Positions 59,492 to 64,000 of a stretch of DNA of 64,000 bases are shown here, one piece after another. The stretch covers positions 318,784 to 382,783 of the forward strand of contig JABCTZ010000046.1 in NCBI GenBank assembly GCA_018238155.1, in the 5' to 3' direction. Every line of letters begins with the position of its first letter. The first letter of the stretch is position 1. A model generated the notes under the pieces. The model was not told the DNA's origin and searched no databases. It was given only the letters and a program-made list of their open reading frames with translations. The stretch comes from Candidatus Heimdallarchaeota archaeon. Its GTDB lineage: Archaea > Asgardarchaeota > Heimdallarchaeia > JABLTI01. Both the position numbers and the translations under genes were made by a program.

Positions 59492-59995
59492 CTATGTTTT
59501 CCAACTTGTAGAATGGTAAGATCGAACAATAGGATCAAAATTAATTAACAATTCTAAATCTTCAAAATCTACTTGACCTATTTTAAATCCCTTTATACCA
59601 CATTGGTTCATTTTCTTTGAAAGCTTTCCCTCATCAATAAGTGAATGAATATGATTTAGAGAATACCCACGACTTAATTTTGTATGGATTCTTAAAACAA
59701 TTTGATTCCCGAGTTTACTTACTACTTTGAAAATAAATTTGATTTGATTTGGGGAATGAGGTACCAATGAATTACAATAGACAATAAAATAATCATTTAT
59801 TTTCACTTTCTCATAATCTTGATTGTTCTTCATTGATTCAGCATCAATTTTAAATCGATTGTGAAGTAAAACATCTTCAGCGAAGATTGGCTTACCAAGG
59901 GTTTCGTTAAACTTGCTAGGCACATAATTTTTACGTGTGCTATCAACTTGGATTAAAAACGCATTCGTTCTCTTCAGTAAGTTCATCTTAATCAC
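59492..59995 (-). CDS. Hypothetical protein, possibly EVE/PUA-like
   Basis: KVKINDYFIVYC...IKFIFKV pattern. Confidence 0.5.
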   Translation of the reverse strand: MIKMNLLKRTNAFLIQVDSTRKNYVPSKFNETLGKPIFAEDVLLHNRFKIDAESMKNNQDYEKVKINDYFIVYCNSLVPHSPNQIKFIFKVVSKLGNQIVLRIHTKLSRGYSLNHIHSLIDEGKLSKKMNQCGIKGFKIGQVDFEDLELLINFDPIVRSYHSTSWKT

Positions 59996-60152
59996 TAACT
60001 ATGTCCAAATGAAGGAGCTATTAATATTCTCCGATACTCTTCGTATTGTTTGGATAGTAGAGGAATACTTACAGAACCAATATTCATATTTAAAAGGAAA
60101 ATTAAAAAAATAGAAAAGGAATAAACTAGCTATTAGTTAGGATTGAAGAACA

Positions 60153-61082
60153 ATGAGCGATGATCTAATACCAATCTATTACTCAGATATGGCTGATGCA
60201 TTATATTTCTTTGAATATCATGGTCCTCTTTACAAAAAGATAAATTGGAAAGAACGAGATAGCCACGTGAAAGAGCTTTACAAAATTATCAGACAAATCA
60301 AATTTCCAAGATTGAAAATGCTTTTACCTTGGGCGAGAACACAAGCAGTTCTTCATGATTTAACAACACCAAAGAGCTTGACAAAATATATTAAAAACAA
60401 CCCACCAAAAGGGAAATTCGCAGAAAAATGGTTAGCTGAAATTGGAAAAATGACTGATATTTTTCAAGAAATCTTAAACATCTATACTAAGAAAATATTG
60501 ACTCGAGAGAAAAGAAAGGAGCTAGAACATAACAGAAAAATGATTGTAAAAAAATATTCTAAGACATGGGACAAATTAAAAAGAGAGACTGAAAAAATTC
60601 ACGGATTTACTTGGAAAAGAAAGGAACCAATGATCTGTTTGTTGTATCCAATAGATGGCAGATTATCTCATAAATTGAAATTTGCTGATATTGCATTTAT
60701 TGAAACTTCTGATAAAATGTTAAAAAATAAGAGTATGTTTTTACATGAAGTAGTTAAGCTTCTAAATTACACTAAAACGATTTTTGCTTGGGTGAAACAA
60801 GATAGAAGAGGAATACGTGCAATTGCTTATGAATTATTCACAGAAATGCAAACAATGCTTTTAGTTGAAAAAATATTCAAAAAGAAACCTAATTTTCAAG
60901 TAATGTTAGAAAAACTAGACACTCTTTGGATTCCATTTATTCGCTCAGGAACATCTTTTGATGATGATGAACTAGAAAGAATTTTAGAAAATAGCTACGA
61001 ATTAATACCAAATACAGAATATGAACCTCTTTATCAATTAGGTGAACTCTATACTGAAATGAATATTATTTTACTTGAATAA
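60153..61082 (+). CDS. Hypothetical protein
   Basis: 309-aa ORF; FLHE resembles a partial zincin motif only. Confidence 0.65.
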   Translation: MSDDLIPIYYSDMADALYFFEYHGPLYKKINWKERDSHVKELYKIIRQIKFPRLKMLLPWARTQAVLHDLTTPKSLTKYIKNNPPKGKFAEKWLAEIGKMTDIFQEILNIYTKKILTREKRKELEHNRKMIVKKYSKTWDKLKRETEKIHGFTWKRKEPMICLLYPIDGRLSHKLKFADIAFIETSDKMLKNKSMFLHEVVKLLNYTKTIFAWVKQDRRGIRAIAYELFTEMQTMLLVEKIFKKKPNFQVMLEKLDTLWIPFIRSGTSFDDDELERILENSYELIPNTEYEPLYQLGELYTEMNIILLE

Positions 61083-61206
61083 TGCAAAAAAAAGTAACCC
61101 TCATTTGGTTTACTTTCTTTTATTCATTATCAATTAAAGTAAGTATCTTTTTGGAAATAATTTGTAATGGTTTTTATAGTTATACAGACTAGATAATATT
61201 AGATAA

Positions 61207-61737
61207 TTGGTAAAGAGGGAAATGAAATTGAACAAATTTAATTCACTTTATTGTCCGTATTGTGGTTCAGATCAAGAGAATGAAAACCGTTTTTGTATTG
61301 CGTGTGGTGCAGATATAAGTGAAACTGCAGAGGAAAAATCAACTAATATTCGGATTATTACTGAACGCCCTATGAATTCTAATGATTACCAAAGATTAAA
61401 TGCATCATCAGCTACTTTGGGAAGTTTTGCAATACAACAGGCTTCAAGTACAGCATCAGGTAGTTCTCCTGTTTATAGCTCAACACCTAAACGAACTTCA
61501 AATACAAGCAATGCTACAATTGCTATTATCCTAGGAATCATTGGATACTCTATCAGCTGTTTTATTGTTCCACTTGTTGGACTCCTTTTCGTTAGAAAAG
61601 CAGAAGAACAGCACGAAGATCCGTCAACAATAAAAATAGCCAAAGTATTGAATTGGGTTCAATTGATTTTGGTTCTAATAGGTACAGTATCAGTATTCGT
61701 CTATTATACGGTTTATTTTGGATTCAGGTTTTTGTAA
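61207..61737 (+). CDS. Zn-ribbon plus Ser-rich linker plus 2-TM protein (paralog 1)
   Basis: CPYCG..FCIACG; two C-terminal TM segments. Confidence 0.75.
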   Translation: MVKREMKLNKFNSLYCPYCGSDQENENRFCIACGADISETAEEKSTNIRIITERPMNSNDYQRLNASSATLGSFAIQQASSTASGSSPVYSSTPKRTSNTSNATIAIILGIIGYSISCFIVPLVGLLFVRKAEEQHEDPSTIKIAKVLNWVQLILVLIGTVSVFVYYTVYFGFRFL

Positions 61738-61836
61738 TTTAAATTACAAAACCAAAATTTTTTTCAAAAAAATTCTAATCGTTTATATACTAGTAAATTA
61801 ATTATAAATCAAAATAATGGAAAGAGTGTATTAAGA

Positions 61837-62334
61837 GTGAGTAATTCTGAATCCACAATTTGTTCTAAATGTGGGAAAAAACAGGAAGAAGAAAGCATAA
61901 TCTGCAGTTCATGTGGTGCAGATTTAAGAATGAAAACAGAAGTACGTTCAATTGATAATCGAACTCTAACTCATAGACCAGTAGAAGAAGAGAAATTCAA
62001 TTGGAAGAGTACAACTTCTAAAAAAATCGGTAGGTTTACTCCGGGCAGTCAAGAATCTGGAGAATTTAGCTCATCATCTTTTGCTAAAGCAAGCTATATT
62101 CCATCGAGAGATAATGCACAAAGAGCATTAATTTTAGGCTTCATTGGTCTCATCATTAACTTCCTCTACATATTTACAATTATTGGTTTACAATTCGTAA
62201 AAAACGCAGAATTAGATAATGAGGATCCAAAAATGATTGGCATTGCCAAAATCCTTCTTTGGTTGCAAGTCTTTGGTTGGTCAATTATTTATATTGGATT
62301 AATCATTTGGGGATTAATTGCGTCAGGAAAATAA
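61837..62334 (+). CDS. Zn-ribbon plus 2-TM protein (paralog 2)
   Basis: CSKCG..CSSCG; shares FVxxAE..EDP..I.IAK with paralog 1. Confidence 0.75.
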   Translation: MSNSESTICSKCGKKQEEESIICSSCGADLRMKTEVRSIDNRTLTHRPVEEEKFNWKSTTSKKIGRFTPGSQESGEFSSSSFAKASYIPSRDNAQRALILGFIGLIINFLYIFTIIGLQFVKNAELDNEDPKMIGIAKILLWLQVFGWSIIYIGLIIWGLIASGK

Positions 62335-62902
62335 AACGACTGGAAATAATTGTATTAGTGATTTCGATTTTATTAAATATAACGGAAAAAAATTACTAAT
62401 AATTATCAAGGAGAAAAAATCATTGAGAGAAAATGCAAGCCATTGTCCATTCTGTGGTTCTTTAATAGAACCAGACAGTGAATTTTGTAATAATTGTGGT
62501 GCATCTTTAAATGGATCACACAAAACTGAAAGGCAAAGTACTGTTTACAGAACTACAGGAACACCTACCGAGTCTACAAATGAAAATTTCTCTAGTAGCG
62601 TTCCTCCTTCACATCAATATGGAGCTACATATTCAAAATACCCAAATTCACAAACAGTTTATGTACCTCAAGAATCAAATAGCAGCTCAGCAGGGTTAAT
62701 TGCTCTAATCTTTGGTATATTAGGGTGTATAGGATGTTTACCAGGTATTGGAAGTGTGGTTGCAATTTTTGCTGGAACCTTAGCAAGAAAAGAAGATACA
62801 TCAGACAATATAGGGTTTTTACTTGGTTGGCTTGGATTATGTTCTTTCATACTTTTAGTTGTAGCAGCTTGTATTTTAATTCCGATATTTTTACGTATGT
62901 AA
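62318..62902 (+). CDS. Zn-ribbon plus TM protein (paralog 3); true start uncertain, probably downstream
   Basis: CPFCG..FCNNCG; ALIFGILG TM motif. Confidence 0.7.
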   Translation: MRQENKTTGNNCISDFDFIKYNGKKLLIIIKEKKSLRENASHCPFCGSLIEPDSEFCNNCGASLNGSHKTERQSTVYRTTGTPTESTNENFSSSVPPSHQYGATYSKYPNSQTVYVPQESNSSSAGLIALIFGILGCIGCLPGIGSVVAIFAGTLARKEDTSDNIGFLLGWLGLCSFILLVVAACILIPIFLRM

Positions 62903-62948
62903 TAAATTTGAGGAGAACAATTAATTAATTAACTCCTCAGAATTTTTA

Positions 62949-63596
62949 TTAAAAGGCACTTTTAATTACAGGGAATAACTCAAATTGTTCAGAACCATCA
63001 GGAAATTCTACTCTCATTATATGTTTTCGCTGCTCTAATATTTGTACAGTATCATTAGCTTCTTCATCAGATATTCTGAGATATTGAACAATATCATTTA
63101 TTGAAACCTTACGTTTGTATCTAATAAATGAGACCAACCTTGATTCATGTGAATCAAAACCAAATTTTTTCTGTTGTTGTATCTGAACAGAGGGATTTTG
63201 TAATGAATTATCTGGTAAAGCAAATAATCTGTTAACTGTTGGAGCAATTTTTCTGAAATTATCAATAGGTATTGGACTATTTTCAGATTCAAACAGCTTC
63301 TTTTCAAACATTATATTGAAATGCTCTGAGATTCTCACCAACCTCTTATAAGTTAAGTTTGGATTTGCATCTGTCGAAGTACTCGCTACAAAAATCAATT
63401 GATCACTGATATTAAATACAAAACGACTTTTGTTTGTTTCAATCCATTTCATTTCAGCACCAAATGAACCTACAAAAGAGTTAACAGCGCTAAGAAATCC
63501 ACTTATCAAATTTTCATCATTAGTATTGTTATCATATTTTTTATGAAATATACAAGTACCTGATATTTGCATTATCCATATTTGTTGCAAACTCAC
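62949..63596 (-). CDS. Longin-like domain plus C-terminal wHTH protein
   Basis: IWIMQISGTCIF..DENLISGFLSAVNSF longin pattern; wHTH-like C-terminus. Confidence 0.7.
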   Translation of the reverse strand: MSLQQIWIMQISGTCIFHKKYDNNTNDENLISGFLSAVNSFVGSFGAEMKWIETNKSRFVFNISDQLIFVASTSTDANPNLTYKRLVRISEHFNIMFEKKLFESENSPIPIDNFRKIAPTVNRLFALPDNSLQNPSVQIQQQKKFGFDSHESRLVSFIRYKRKVSINDIVQYLRISDEEANDTVQILEQRKHIMRVEFPDGSEQFELFPVIKSAF

Positions 63597-63873
63597 TATT
63601 TTTTCACCTTCACTATTACTACAATCCGATGAATTGATAATATTCGATATAAGATTAAAATCAACGTAACATCTACATTATCTTAAAATAATATGGTCCT
63701 TCCTTTGCTACCTCATCTTGGTTTTTCATTTCATTTATTAGCATTTTAGAGCTTTCAGAACAATTATATATTGTTGAGCCGATATATTGTGTTAACAATA
63801 TGTGTATTAGACGATATATTGGGCTTTAGTAACAGAAGATGAAAAAAGAAAAAATTACCAAGGTGATTAAAAG

Positions 63874-64000
63874 ATGTCTATGAGAAGCTATGCCATAAGG
63901 CGATTTCTATATATCATCCCAACCTTAATGGGTATATCAATATTCAGTTTCATATTAATTGCACTATCTCCAGGAGATCCAATTATGATTAGAATGGGGC
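63874..64000 (+). CDS. ABC peptide/nickel transporter permease (OppB/DppB-like), truncated by the window end
   Basis: MSMRSYAIRRFLYIIPTLMGISIFSFILIALSPGDP; AGGTGA SD. Confidence 0.85.
   Translation, partial: MSMRSYAIRRFLYIIPTLMGISIFSFILIALSPGDPIMIRMG

Overview
AT-rich archaeal chromosomal segment, most likely from an Asgard (Heimdallarchaeia-like) archaeon. The archaeal assignment rests on uS15, eS1, Pcc1, Rpo12, GlyRS and BHB-intron tRNAs. The Asgard assignment rests on a eukaryote-like topoisomerase IB, a Rab-like protein, a longin protein and LRR/TPR proteins. Layout: (1) 1-2.8 kb, TPR-LRR, LRR-Zn and degenerate Rab-like genes. (2) An elongator tRNA-Met with three BHB-type introns. (3) A five-gene island directly after the tRNA (SIS-HAD, PRTase, STAND/ORC-like ATPase, CARF-like protein, PfkB kinase), a candidate nucleotide-based conflict system. 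(4) A 10-gene operon coupling a bacterial-type acetyl-CoA synthase and CFeSP, with no CODH or AcsE, to a folate-independent methionine synthase and the aspartate-to-homocysteine enzymes, under a divergent HTH-CBS regulator with a perfect 16-bp palindrome. (5) A probable dual-guide C/D sRNA. (6) A class III ribonucleotide reductase locus in which the NrdR repressor is fused to NrdD, tandem NrdR boxes sit in its own promoter, and the glycyl-radical domain is a separate 77-aa gene. (7) Housekeeping genes, initiator tRNA-Met, two interrupted genes and a tandem family of Zn-ribbon membrane proteins. No CRISPR array, rRNA, integrase or transposase was seen. All assignments come from motif reading by eye, with no database searches.
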